Shown: piece by piece, positions 10,742-22,597 of the stretch
Layout: each line of letters starts with the position of its first letter
How positions within the stretch are numbered: the stretch's first letter is position 1
Assembly: GCA_963728205.1 (NCBI GenBank)
Contig: CAVSIV010000004.1
Location: 96,001-160,000 of the forward strand
Reading direction: 5' to 3'
DNA from: an uncultured Chloroflexia bacterium
Lineage (GTDB): Bacteria > Chloroflexota > Dehalococcoidia > UBA2979
Length of the DNA: 64,000 nt
The notes under the pieces: generated by a model
Seen by the model: the letters and a program-made list of their open reading frames with translations, nothing else
What the model was told of the DNA's origin: nothing
Database searches by the model: none
Made by a program: the position numbers and the translations under genes

Positions 10742-11522
10742 GACGTCACTGCCTCTCCGACCATCCCCAGCTCGCTGAGGATGGGGTCGTAGCCGTTCGC
10801 TTCGATCTGCTGCGCGAGCTCCGCGCCGCCGGAACGGACGATCTTGCCCGCCACCAGCACGTGCACGAAGTCCGGCGTGATGTAGTTCAGGATGCGCTGG
10901 TAGTGCGTGATGATGAGTACGCCGATCTCGGGCGTGCGCAGCGCGTTCACGCCCTCCGCGACCGTGCGCAGCGCGTCGACGTCGAGGCCCGAGTCCGTCT
11001 CGTCGAGGATCGCGAGCTCCGGCTTGAGCATGCCGAGCTGCAGGATCTCGGCGCGCTTCTTCTCACCGCCGGAGAAGCCCTCGTTCACGTAGCGACGCGC
11101 GAACGACTCGTCCATCTTCAGCGTGCTGCAGCGTCCCGCGGAGCTCCTGGAGGAACTCCCGCGGTCGGGACGTCCTCGCCGCGGCGGGCCTTCAAGGCCT
11201 CGCGCAGCAGGTTCACCATCGTCACGCCGGGAATCGACGTCGGGTACTGGAACGAGAGGAAGAGCCCGAGGCGCGCTCGGGCGTCGGCCTTCAGTGCCGT
11301 GATGTCCTCGCCCTTGAAGAGGATCTGGCCGCCGTCGACCGTGTACTCCGGGCTGCCGGCGATCGTGCTGGCGAGCGTGCTCTTGCCGGAGCCGTTCGGG
11401 CCCATCAGCGCGTGCACCTCGCCCGGGCGGATCGTCAGGTCGACGCCCTTCACGATCTGCGTTTCCGGCAGCTTGGTGATGCTGACCTTGAGGTCACGCA
11501 ACTCCAGGATTGGTTCCGTCAT
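10738..11522 (-). CDS. sufC: Fe-S assembly ATPase SufC (two apparent +1 frameshifts at ~11125-11162)
   Basis: Walker [40 protein letters not shown] and ITHYQR motifs; SD-like GAAGGGGA upstream of ATG. Confidence 0.9.
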
Positions 11523-11551
11523 CGCTGTCGCTGTCCCCTTCTGTTCGCCGC

Positions 11552-12251
11552 TTAGCGGGCCTGCGACAGCGGAGCCGTCGCCTCGGTGTGTGCTCGGATC
11601 CGCCGCCGCCGCGACGGGCTTCGCCACGAGGTACTCGCAGCTGGTGCCGCCGCGAGCGACGGTGTTGAGCTGGACGACCGGCATGCCGATCAGCAGCTCG
11701 ATGGTCTGGCGGTCCGCGTCGCACGGCGCGTGGTGATCCGTCGCGCACGAGCGGTACGGGCAGCCGACGTTGCGCAGGCGAAACGCGTCGCCCTCGTCCT
11801 CGACCTCGCTGAGGATGCCCTCGCCGCGCAGCGCGACGGTCACCTGCGCGACGCGCTCGTCGAGCCGCTGCGCGCTCACCTCCGACGCGTACTCGCGCGC
11901 CCGGGCCGCGCCGACCTCGGCGAAGAGGCGCTGCAGCACGGTGCGCCCGTCCTGCCCGTCGACGTCGTTCGCCGACAGGCTGTTCAGCGCCGGGTACAGA
12001 CGGTCGAGCAGCCGCGAATAGTACGCGGAGGCGCTGACCTCCTCGCCGCCCTCAGTCAGCGAGTAGCGCGTGAGCGGGCGGCCGCGGCGCTGGCGCACCA
12101 GTTGCGCGCGCACCAGCCCATCCGCCGCCATCAGGTCGAGGTGCCGCCGGATCGACCCCTCGGAGACGCCGACCGCATCCGCGAGGTCGGCCACGGAGCA
12201 CTCACCCCGCGTATGCAGGAGGTGCATCACCTCGTCGCGCGTTCGTTCCAT
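11552..12251 (-). CDS. sufR: Fe-S cluster transcriptional regulator SufR (apparent fusion to sufC probably a 1-nt insertion artefact)
   Basis: N-terminal wHTH (IRRHLD.M...G..RGRP..Y.LT), C-terminal GCPY...C..D...SCEY; TAA at 11552-11554 in the +1 frame. Confidence 0.82.
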
Positions 12252-12298
12252 CGGAGTTCCCGTCCGGCGCGCACCGCACGCCTTCCCTCGTGAGATCG

Positions 12299-12327
12299 AG
12301 GCTAGGCACGGCCGCCAGCAATGTCAA
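12299..12327 (-). promoter_or_regulatory. Sigma70-type promoter of suf operon
   Basis: Minus strand TTGACA-17 nt-TAGCCT, preceded by an AT-rich tract. Confidence 0.7.
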
Positions 12328-12487
12328 CGATTAATGCATTTTATAGCGTAGAAGTGCGTATATTCGCCCTCGCACCGGGAAAACGACCACCCGGCGGCTA
12401 TCCTTGTTCGCGGCGAAGGCGTGCTCGTACCATGCGCGCCGCGACGGGCCGCCCGGCCCGCGCCCGGCGGGCGAAGGAGCGGGAACG

Positions 12488-12910
12488 ATGAGCGACGACG
12501 TGCTGGGACTGAAGGTGGGCTCGACCGCGAGCTTCACGAAGCAGGTCACGGCCGAGGACATCAACGAGTTCGCCCACGCCACCGGCGACGACCAGCCCCT
12601 TCACTCGGATCCCGAGTTCGCCGCGCGCACCCGTTTCAAGCAGCCGATTGCTCATGGCATGCTGGGCGCCGGCATCATCTCCGCCGCGCTCGGCACGCAG
12701 CTCGCGCCGGGGCTCGTCGTCATCTACATGGCGCAGAATCTGCAGTTCCGCGCTCCGGTCATGGCCGGCGACACCGTGACCGCGACGGTGACCGTCACGC
12801 GCGCCGACACGGAGCGCAGCCGACTGTCGCTGGATACACTCGTCACCAAGCAGGACGGCACCGAGGTCATCCGCGGCGACGCGCTGGTGATGGTGGAAGC
12901 GCCGCGCTGA
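12488..12910 (+). CDS. MaoC-family (R)-specific enoyl-CoA hydratase (PhaJ/CroR-like)
   Basis: FA..TGD.QPLH.D...A..T.F..PIAHGML hydratase motif; GAAGGAG SD. Confidence 0.88.
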   Translation: MSDDVLGLKVGSTASFTKQVTAEDINEFAHATGDDQPLHSDPEFAARTRFKQPIAHGMLGAGIISAALGTQLAPGLVVIYMAQNLQFRAPVMAGDTVTATVTVTRADTERSRLSLDTLVTKQDGTEVIRGDALVMVEAPR

Positions 12911-12971
12911 GCGCCCACCACCCGCGTCCCGCACGGTCGACGCCTCGCCCGCCAGCGGACGGAGTTCCCGC

Positions 12972-14711
12972 ATGACGAACACGCAGACCGACGCGACCGC
13001 CCGTGCGAACGGCGCCGGCGCCAACGCGTCCGACGGGCCGAACGCCGCTCCGGAGGCGATCGCCGCCGCCCGCCGCGAGTGGGAGGACCGCACGCTGCGC
13101 AAGGTGCTCGAGCGCTTCCCCGAGCGCCGCAAGTCGTTCGAGGCCTCCTCCGCAGCGGTCGAGCGCCTCTACACCCCGCTCGAACGTCGCGGGCATCGAC
13201 TACCTGCAGGACATCGGCTTCCCCGGCCAGTACCCGTTCACCCGCGGCGTGCAGCCGACGATGTACCGCGGTCGCCTCTGGTCCATGCGCCAGTACGCCG
13301 GCTTCGGCACTGCGCGCGAGACCAACGAGCGCTTCCAGCACCTGATCGAGAACGGCCAGACCGGCCTCTCCACCGCGTTCGATCTCCCGACGCAGACCGG
13401 CTACGACTCCGACGACCCGATGTCCGCGGGCGAGGTCGGCCAGGTCGGCGTCGCCATCGACTCGCTCGCCGACATGGAGACGCTGTTCGACGGCATCCCG
13501 CTCGATCGAGATCTCCACGTCGATGACGATCAACGCGCCCGCGTCGATCCTCGTCGCGATGTACATGGTCGCCGCCGAGAAGCAGGGGCACGAGCGCGCG
13601 GTCGTGATGGGCACCGCGCAGAACGACGTACTCAAGGAGTACGTGGCGCGCGGCACCTACATCTTCCCGCCGCAGCAGTCGGTCCGGCTGGCCGCAAACC
13701 TGATCAGCTTCTGCGCGACCGAGGCGCCGAAGTTCAACTCCATCTCGGTCTCCGGCTACCACATCCGCGAGGCCGGCTCGACCGCCGCGCAGGAGATCGC
13801 CTTCGCGTTCTCGAACGCGATCGCGTACGTGGAGGAGTGCGTGCGTCAGGGCGCCGACGTCGACGCGGTCGCCGGCCGCATCTCCTGGATCTTCAACACG
13901 CACAACAACTTCTTCGAGGAGATCGCGAAGTACCGCGCGCTGCGACGTATGTGGGCGCGGCTGATGCGCGAGCGCTTCGGCGCGAAGCAGCCGTCGTCGT
14001 GGATGCTGCGCACGCACACGCAGACCGGTGGCTCGACGCTCACGGCGCAGCAGCCGAAGAACAACATCGCGCGCGCGGCCGATCCAGGCGCTGGCGGCGG
14101 TGGTCGGCGGGGTGCAGTCGCTCGCGCTCTCCTGCTACGACGAGGCGCTCGCGCTGCCGACCGAGGAGGCGCAGCAGATCGCGCTGCGCACGCAGCAGAT
14201 CATCGCGCACGAGTCGGGCGCGGCGGACACGGTCGACCCCATCGCCGGCTCGTACTACGTGGAGTCGCTGACGAACACGCTCGAGCAGGAAGCGCAGAAG
14301 ATCATGGACCGCGTCGACGATCTCGGCGGGGCGGTGGCCGCGATCGAGAGCGGCTACATGCAGTCCGAGATCCAGGAGGCGTCGGTCGCCTACCAGCGCG
14401 AGGTGGAGTCGGGCGAGCGCGTCGTGGTCGGCGTGAACCAGTACATCGACGAGAACGAGAACGCGACGCCGATCTTCCGCCCGAACCTCGAGGTGGCGCG
14501 CGCGCAGCTCGAGCAGCTGGCGAAGGTGCGCGCCGGGCGCGACCAGGCGGCGGTCGACGCGTCGCTCACGCGCCTGCGCGACGCCGCCCGCGGCGACATC
14601 AACCTGATGGAGCCGATCATGGAGGCCGTCCGCACGTACGCCACGCTCGGCGAGATGTGCGGTGTGCTGCGCGAGGAGTGGGGCGAGTACACGCCGCCGA
14701 CGGCCGTGTAG
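12972..14711 (+). CDS. B12-dependent acyl-CoA mutase large subunit (methylmalonyl-CoA mutase family; three apparent +1 frameshifts at ~13184, ~13508, ~14079)
   Basis: [61 protein letters not shown] and ATLGEM motifs spread across four ORFs; no B12-binding domain. Confidence 0.9.
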
Positions 14712-14730
14712 GCGCCGGGCGCCTGTGGCA

Positions 14731-14829
14731 AGCGGCGGCGGACACGCCGCCGATGCCGTCGGCGTCGTCCTGTCGCCGGCCCGCGGGCAGGGTGCCCGCG
14801 GGGATATCGGCGGCGTATCCGCCGCCGCT
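14731..14829. repeat. REPIN-like inverted doublet of palindromes
   Basis: 24-bp arms (14731-14754 / 14806-14829, 1 mismatch), each itself a GGCGGCG-N4-CGCCGCC hairpin, enclosing a 10-bp inner hairpin (14780-14802). Confidence 0.7.
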
Positions 14830-14928
14830 CGCCGCGGATCTGCCGTTGCTCCCCACGCCGCGATCCGCTAACAACACCGGGGCCGGCACGTGCCGGCGAG
14901 CGAGCACGCATACCAGGGGGAGGCAGAG

Positions 14929-15675
14929 ATGGCAGGGGCACTCGACGGCCAGGTCGCGGTCGTGACCGGCGCCAGCCGCGGGATCGGGCGCGCCTGCGCC
15001 ATCGAGCTCGCGAGACACGGCGCGAACGTCGTCGTCAACTACACCGCGAACGAGGACGCCGCCAACGCCACGAAGAACGAGATCGAGGCGCTCGGCGCGA
15101 AGGCGTTCGTCGTGCAGGCCGACGTCTCGAAGGCCGACCAGGCGAAGGCGCTGATCGAGGCCGCCGAGAAGGAGTTCGGCAAGGTCGACATCCTCGTCAA
15201 CAACGCCGGCGTCAACCGCGACCGTACGATCCAGCGCATGTCGCCGGCCGAGTGGGACGAGGTGATCGAGACCGACCTCTCCTCGATGTTCTACTGCACC
15301 AACGCGGCGGTGACCGGCATGCGCGAGCGCAACTACGGCCGCATCATCAACATGTCGTCGATCATCGGGCAGATGGGGAACCTGGGGCAGGCGAACTACG
15401 CCGCCGCCAAGGCCGGCATGATCGCCTTCACGAAGTCGGCCGCGAAGGAACTGGCGCGCTTCAACATCACGGTGAACGCGGTGTGCCCCGGCTTCATCGA
15501 GACCGACATGGTGTCCGCGCTCGCCGACGACATCAAGAAGAACCTGATCGCGCAGATCCCGCTCGGCCGCTTCGGCACCGCCGAGGAAGTCGCGACGACC
15601 GTGCGCTTTCTCTGCACGGAGGGCGGGTTCTACACGGGCTCGCAGCTGAGCCTCAACGGCGGGCAGTACATGTAG
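14929..15675 (+). CDS. SDR acetoacetyl-CoA / 3-oxoacyl reductase (PhaB/FabG-like)
   Basis: [23 protein letters not shown] and PGFIETDM motifs; C-terminus LSLNGGQYM resembles PhaB. Confidence 0.88.
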   Translation: MAGALDGQVAVVTGASRGIGRACAIELARHGANVVVNYTANEDAANATKNEIEALGAKAFVVQADVSKADQAKALIEAAEKEFGKVDILVNNAGVNRDRTIQRMSPAEWDEVIETDLSSMFYCTNAAVTGMRERNYGRIINMSSIIGQMGNLGQANYAAAKAGMIAFTKSAAKELARFNITVNAVCPGFIETDMVSALADDIKKNLIAQIPLGRFGTAEEVATTVRFLCTEGGFYTGSQLSLNGGQYM

Positions 15676-15696
15676 GCGGAGAGCGCCGCCACGGGG

Positions 15697-15731
15697 GAGA
15701 ACGGAGGCCGCCTGCGGGCGGCCGTTCTCTT
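15697..15731 (+). terminator. Probable intrinsic terminator
   Basis: GGCCGCC-tgcg-GGCGGCC stem extended by GAGAAC/GTTCTC, followed by TT. Confidence 0.55.
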
Positions 15732-15866
15732 CGGCGGGCACGCGGCGTGATGGCGGCGCGCGCCGCCATCCGCGACAATGATCGCCGCACCGGGTCACCA
15801 AGGACCGCCCGCCGACGTCGCGGGCCGTGTTCGCGTGCGCGCATCCGCGCGGAGGGGGCGAGCGGC

Positions 15867-16439
15867 ATGGCATCGATCGGGCGGCGCGTCGTCGTGATCG
15901 GGAACACCAACGCGGGGAAGAGCACGCTCGCCGCCGAGCTCGCGCGACGGCTCGACGTGCCGTTCGTCGAGCTCGACGCCCTGTTCTGGGAGCCGAACTG
16001 GGTCGAGAGCGACAACGACACCTTCCGCGCGCGCGTCTCCACCGCGATCGCCGGCGACGGCTGGAGCGTCGCGGGCAACTACACCTCGCGGATCCAGGAC
16101 CTGGTATGGCCGCGCGCCGAGACCGTGATCTTTCTCGACTACCCGCTGCCACTGGTGCTGCGCCGCGTGCTCACGCGCTCCTGGCGGCGCTGGCGCTCGC
16201 ACGAGGTGCTCTGGGGCACGAACACGGAGTCGTTCTGGAAGCACCTCACCTCCTGGAACGACTCGCTCTTCACCTGGGCCGTGCGCTCGCACGGGAAGCA
16301 CCGCGAGCGCTGGCCGGACCTCGTCGCCGACCCGCGCTGGGCGCACATTCGCTTCCTGCGCTTCTGCACGCCGGACGAGACGGCACGCTGGCTCGCCACG
16401 GCGGTGCCCGCGCCCGCGGGACCCGCGCCTGTAAGCTGA
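15867..16439 (+). CDS. P-loop kinase (adenylate kinase / topology modulation protein-like)
   Basis: VIGNTNAGKSTLA, ELDALFW.PNW, W...GNY and FLDYP motifs. Confidence 0.8.
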   Translation: MASIGRRVVVIGNTNAGKSTLAAELARRLDVPFVELDALFWEPNWVESDNDTFRARVSTAIAGDGWSVAGNYTSRIQDLVWPRAETVIFLDYPLPLVLRRVLTRSWRRWRSHEVLWGTNTESFWKHLTSWNDSLFTWAVRSHGKHRERWPDLVADPRWAHIRFLRFCTPDETARWLATAVPAPAGPAPVS

Positions 16440-16473
16440 TCGACACCCCCGCCCGCCGCCGACCGGAGTCGCG

Positions 16474-18210
16474 ATGCTCTCCTTCGTCGCCTACGCGTAC
16501 CGCTGGCTCCGCTGGCTCGTCGCCTGGCCGTTCCGCCTGCGCCGGCCGCCGGCGTGGATCGCGTTCACGCTCGAGGGCGCCTACCCGGACTACCCGCGCC
16601 CGGCCCCCAACCTGCTCCTGCGCCTCGTCCAGCCGCAGCGCGCGAGCCTCTTCGAGCTGCGCGAGCAGTTCCGCGAGGTGGCCCATGACCGCCGCGTCGA
16701 GGGCGTCGTGCTGCACTTGCGGCCACTCCAGCTCGCCGGCTCGCAGGTCGACTCGCTGCGCGACGCGATCACCGAGCTGCGCCGCGCCGGCAAGCGCGTC
16801 GTCGCCTGGTCCTACCACTGGTCGCGCGCGAACTATCTCGTCGCGTGCGCGGCGGACGAAGTGCTCCTGCAGCCGGGCGGCTCCGTCGACGCGCTGGCGA
16901 TCGGCGCCACGCACGTCTTCCTCGCGGAGGCCCTCGCCCGCATCGGCGTGCGCGCCGACGTCATCCCGATCAGCGGCTACAAGTCCGCGCTCGAGATGTT
17001 CACGTCGAACGCCCTGTCCGACGAGTCGCGCGAGATGGAGAACTGGCTGCTCGACGCCGCCGCGTCCGAGACCGTGGCCGCGATCGCGCGAGGCCGCCAC
17101 GTCGACGAGGACGCGGCGCGCGCGCTGATCGACGCGACGCCGTGCACCGACGAGCGTGCGCGCGAGCTCGGGCTCGTGGACGCCGTCGTCTCCGGCGAGG
17201 ACCTGCCGGCGCACCTCGGGTCCCCCGGCACGCCGGCCGAGGTCGAGCCGTTCGACACCGCGCGCGGCCGCCTGCGGCAGGCGGCGCCATCGGTGCCCCG
17301 CCGCCGTCGTGTCGCGCTGATCCCGATCGAGGGCACGATCGTCGACGGCGACAGCGGCCGTCCGCCCGTGGCGCCGCCGGTGCCGGTGCCGGTGCTGTTC
17401 AGCCCGCGCGCCGGCGACGTCACCGTCGTGCAGGCGATCCGCGAGGCGGCGCGCGACCCGGGCGTCGGCGCGGTCGTCGTCTACGTGAACTCGCCGGGCG
17501 GTTCGGCGACGGCCTCGGAGGCGATCCACGCGGCGCTGCAGCGGCTCAACGCGGAGAAGCCGGTCGTCGTGGCGATGGGGCCGGTCGCGGCGTCGGGCGG
17601 CTACTACGTCGCGACGCCGGCGCGCCGCGTCTACGCGCAGCCGCGGACGATCACCGGCTCGATCGGCGTGGTGACGGCGAAGTTCGTCGCCGGCGACCTG
17701 CTCGACCGGCTGTCGGTGCACCGCGAGTCGCTGCGGCGGGGGCGCCACGCGCTGCTCGGCTCCGCCGAGCGGCCGTTCAGCGACGAGGAGCGCGCGCTGG
17801 TGTGGGCGCAGGTGCAGCGCATCTACGCGCTGTTCGTCGACCGCGTCGCGGCGGACCGCCGGATGTCGGCCGAGGCGGTCGACGCCGTCGCCCGCGGCCG
17901 CGTGTGGACGGGCCGCCAGGCGCGCGAGCGCGGGCTCGTCGACGCGTTCGGCGGGCTGTGGGAGGCGGTCGAGCGCGCGAAGGCGCTCGCGCGCCTGCCG
18001 GACGACGCGCCGATGCGCGTCGCGACGCCGGGCCGCGCGACCCTCGCGCCGGCCGCGGCCGCGCCGCTCCCGGCGGCGCTGCGCGCGCTGCTCGGCGGCG
18101 CGCTCGGCGCGGACGTCTCGGTGGCCGCCTACGCGCTGGAGGGGATCGCGGCGCTGAGCGGCGGGACGCCGCTCACGCTCTCGTCCGTGTTCGCCCGCGA
18201 CCTGCGCTGA
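16474..18210 (+). CDS. sppA: Signal peptide peptidase SppA (two-domain type)
   Basis: GYKSA, NSPGGSA, AASGGYY, TITGSIGV and GRVWTGRQA motifs. Confidence 0.9.
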   Translation: MLSFVAYAYRWLRWLVAWPFRLRRPPAWIAFTLEGAYPDYPRPAPNLLLRLVQPQRASLFELREQFREVAHDRRVEGVVLHLRPLQLAGSQVDSLRDAITELRRAGKRVVAWSYHWSRANYLVACAADEVLLQPGGSVDALAIGATHVFLAEALARIGVRADVIPISGYKSALEMFTSNALSDESREMENWLLDAAASETVAAIARGRHVDEDAARALIDATPCTDERARELGLVDAVVSGEDLPAHLGSPGTPAEVEPFDTARGRLRQAAPSVPRRRRVALIPIEGTIVDGDSGRPPVAPPVPVPVLFSPRAGDVTVVQAIREAARDPGVGAVVVYVNSPGGSATASEAIHAALQRLNAEKPVVVAMGPVAASGGYYVATPARRVYAQPRTITGSIGVVTAKFVAGDLLDRLSVHRESLRRGRHALLGSAERPFSDEERALVWAQVQRIYALFVDRVAADRRMSAEAVDAVARGRVWTGRQARERGLVDAFGGLWEAVERAKALARLPDDAPMRVATPGRATLAPAAAAPLPAALRALLGGALGADVSVAAYALEGIAALSGGTPLTLSSVFARDLR

Positions 18211-18225
18211 GAGGGGCCACCGCGC

Positions 18226-19218
18226 TCAGGCGCTCGCGCTCGTCCCACCCGCGCGCATCGCGGCGTCGACCCGCGCCACGCCATCGGCGTGGAGCGGCCC
18301 ATCGGCCTCGGCGCGCAGGCACTCGTCGAGCTCGGCGCGGTTCTTCACGCCCAGCACCACCGTGTCGACGCCGTCCATCGCGAGCGCGTAGCGGTGCGCG
18401 AGCGCGGCGGCCGTCGTCCCGAGCTCGCGGGCGAGGGCGCGCAGCGGCGCCGCCCGTTCGAAGTCGCGGCGCTCGGGGTGGTCGGCCGGGAGGTCGCGGT
18501 CGAGCGCGTCGGTGAGCGCGCCGCCCTGCACGGCGCGAATCCCCATCACCCCGGCGCCGCGCGACTGCGCCGCCGCGATCACCTCGCGCGGCCGGGGCGG
18601 CTCCTCGTAGCGCGCGAGCCCGCCCGGCGAGTCGAGCAGGTTGGCGATGCACTGCACGACGGCCGGCGCCGGGTCCTCGCGGATCGTCTCGATCACGGCG
18701 GTCGGCACGCCGATCCCGGTGATGCCCCACGCGCCGACGCGCCCCTCGGCGACCAGCCGCTCGAACGCCGGGCGCACGGCCTCGACGAACAGCGAGCGCG
18801 GCGTCCCCGGCGCGAAGCCGCGGCCGCTGCCGCGTTCCGCGCGCTCGTCCGGCACGATCATGCCGTGGAGGAAGAAGACGTCGACGCGCGCGAGCCGCGT
18901 CCGCTCCAGCGAGCCCTCGAGGCTCTCGCGCAGCCGGTCGTACACCTCCGCCGCCGGCGGCGCGCCGAGCACGTGCTTCGTCGTGACGTGCACGCCGTCC
19001 GGCAGGCGCCCGTCGAACGCCTCCCCCACCACGCGCTCCGCCTCGCCGTCGCCGTACGACGGCGCGAGGTCGAGCAGCGTGATGCCGCGCTCGACCGCCT
19101 CGCGCACGACCGCGACGGACTCGGCGCGCGTCGTCTCGCCCCACACCTGCCCGATGCCGCCGCCGCCGAGCGTCAGAGCGCTCACCGGCCACAGCCGACC
19201 CAGCCTTCGTGTCTCCAT
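18226..19218 (-). CDS. Aldo/keto reductase
   Basis: LTLGGG, DLAPSYG.GEAE, TTK and SLE.SLER..L..VD.FFLH motifs. Confidence 0.85.
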   Translation of the reverse strand: METRRLGRLWPVSALTLGGGGIGQVWGETTRAESVAVVREAVERGITLLDLAPSYGDGEAERVVGEAFDGRLPDGVHVTTKHVLGAPPAAEVYDRLRESLEGSLERTRLARVDVFFLHGMIVPDERAERGSGRGFAPGTPRSLFVEAVRPAFERLVAEGRVGAWGITGIGVPTAVIETIREDPAPAVVQCIANLLDSPGGLARYEEPPRPREVIAAAQSRGAGVMGIRAVQGGALTDALDRDLPADHPERRDFERAAPLRALARELGTTAAALAHRYALAMDGVDTVVLGVKNRAELDECLRAEADGPLHADGVARVDAAMRAGGTSASA

Positions 19219-19242
19219 GCCTGCCGCCTTCCGTGCGTCCGC

Positions 19243-20094
19243 CTAGGAGTGCTCGCGCAGAAACGCGCGGATGGTCTCGATGGTCGCGGGCTTCTTCGCG
19301 TCCGAGCGCGCATCGACGTCGAGGCAGCGCGCGTCCGGCGCCAGCTCGCAGATGCGCCGGCCGACACCGGTCGGGTGGAAGGGGTCGTTGCCCGGGATGA
19401 TCAGCAGCGGCGCCGGGCAGGTGCGCAGCCAGTCCTCGGTCACGCTCATGAACGGCGGTCGCTCCGGCCACACGCCGTCCGCGAAGCGCTCGATCAGCGC
19501 GACGTAGTCGTCCGCGCTCATCGCTTCGATCTCCGCACGGAACGCCGCGTCGGCGTGGATGCGCCGCGCGAACGGTCCGCCGCCGTTGTTCTGCACGAAG
19601 ACCGGGTTCTCCATCGCCGCCGCCACCACCGCGGCCGCGCCCTGCGCGCGCGCCAGCTCGAGCGTCGGCTGGAACATCGCCATGAAGACGGCGATGGAGT
19701 TCGTCGCGTCGAGCCCGACCGGGTCCTGGCCGACCACCGCGCGGATGCGATCGGGCGCGGTCTGCACCAGGTGCAGCGCGTGCGCGACGCCGATGCAGCC
19801 GCCCCACACGTGCGCGCGGTCGACGCCGACGGCGTCGAGCACCGCGAGCTGGTCGCCCGAGGTGAGCTCGTAGGAGAAGTCGGGCGGCGCCTGCCAGGAC
19901 GCGCCGGCGTGGCGCTGATCCATGCCGATCACGAGGAACTCCGACTGGAGCTCCGCGATCGGGTTGATCGCGCTGCGCTGCCAGAAGGCGATCTCGCTGT
20001 TCACGCCGCCGAGGGCAATCAGCAGGATCGGCGTCCCGCTGCCCCACGTCTCGTAGTGGATTACGGCGCCGTCGGGGCCGCGTGTCTCGGGCAT
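19243..20094 (-). CDS. Alpha/beta hydrolase (Cys nucleophile, GGCIG)
   Basis: IHYE..GSG, DQR.AG.S, WGGCIG elbow and PGNDPFHP motifs. Confidence 0.8.
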   Translation of the reverse strand: MPETRGPDGAVIHYETWGSGTPILLIALGGVNSEIAFWQRSAINPIAELQSEFLVIGMDQRHAGASWQAPPDFSYELTSGDQLAVLDAVGVDRAHVWGGCIGVAHALHLVQTAPDRIRAVVGQDPVGLDATNSIAVFMAMFQPTLELARAQGAAAVVAAAMENPVFVQNNGGGPFARRIHADAAFRAEIEAMSADDYVALIERFADGVWPERPPFMSVTEDWLRTCPAPLLIIPGNDPFHPTGVGRRICELAPDARCLDVDARSDAKKPATIETIRAFLREHS

Positions 20095-20245
20095 CGGGCT
20101 CTCGCTTTCACGGCATCGGCCTGCTTCGAGCGGCGCCGGGTCACGGCACCGGTCGTCTCGTGGGAACCGATCGGCGCGTTCACCACGCGCCGCTCGAAGC
20201 GTGCATTGTAGATACGATGGCCGATGGCCCGGGGGAGGACACGCG

Positions 20246-20881
<636 letters not shown>

Positions 20882-20920
20882 CGGTCACGGCGGGTTGGCA
20901 CGGGGCGAGACACTGGACGC

Positions 20921-21363
20921 ATGAGTGACTGTGTCTTCTGCCGAATCATCAGCAACGACGAGCCGGCGAGCCTCGTCCACCGCGACGACCGCGTGACGGC
21001 GTTCCTGGATCACGCGCCGGTCAACGACGGCCACACCGTGATCGCCGCCAACGAGCACACGGCCACCGTGGCCGACCTCGACCCCGAGGTCGGCGCGCAG
21101 ATGTTTCGCGTCGCGCTCCGGGTCTCGCGCGCGCTGCGCGCGTCCGAGGCGCTGCGGTGCGACGGCGTCGACATGTGGCTCGCGGACGGCGAGGCCGCGT
21201 TCGGGCGCGTCGCGCACCCGCACCTGCACGTCTTCCCGCGCTACCGCGGCGACGGCTTCGCGATCACCCGTCGCAACTGGAGCCGCGCGTCGCGCGAGGC
21301 GCTGGAGTCGGCCGCCGAGCCGCTGCGCGAGGCGCTCGGGGAGCCGCGGCCGGCGCGGACACG

Positions 21364-21367
<4 letters not shown>
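20921..21367 (+). CDS. HIT family hydrolase
   Basis: CVFC, GHT and HPHLHVFPR histidine triad. Confidence 0.9.
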
Positions 21368-22566
<1,199 letters not shown>

Positions 22567-22597
22567 CGCGGTCCCCCTCCGGGCTCCGAGGAGCCGG

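Noticed and set aside
11118-12251. Apparent SufR-SufC fusion ORF
   Set aside because: sufC has its own SD and ATG (11522). Deleting one base in the ACACAC run near 11590 gives ...HTEATAPLSQAR-TAA, matching the +1 insertion error pattern seen elsewhere.
12972-14711. Mutase, groEL, suf and SBP genes as pseudogenes or programmed frameshifts
   Set aside because: There are no slippery sites and no in-frame stops or decay. All lesions are single extra bases in conserved or essential genes.
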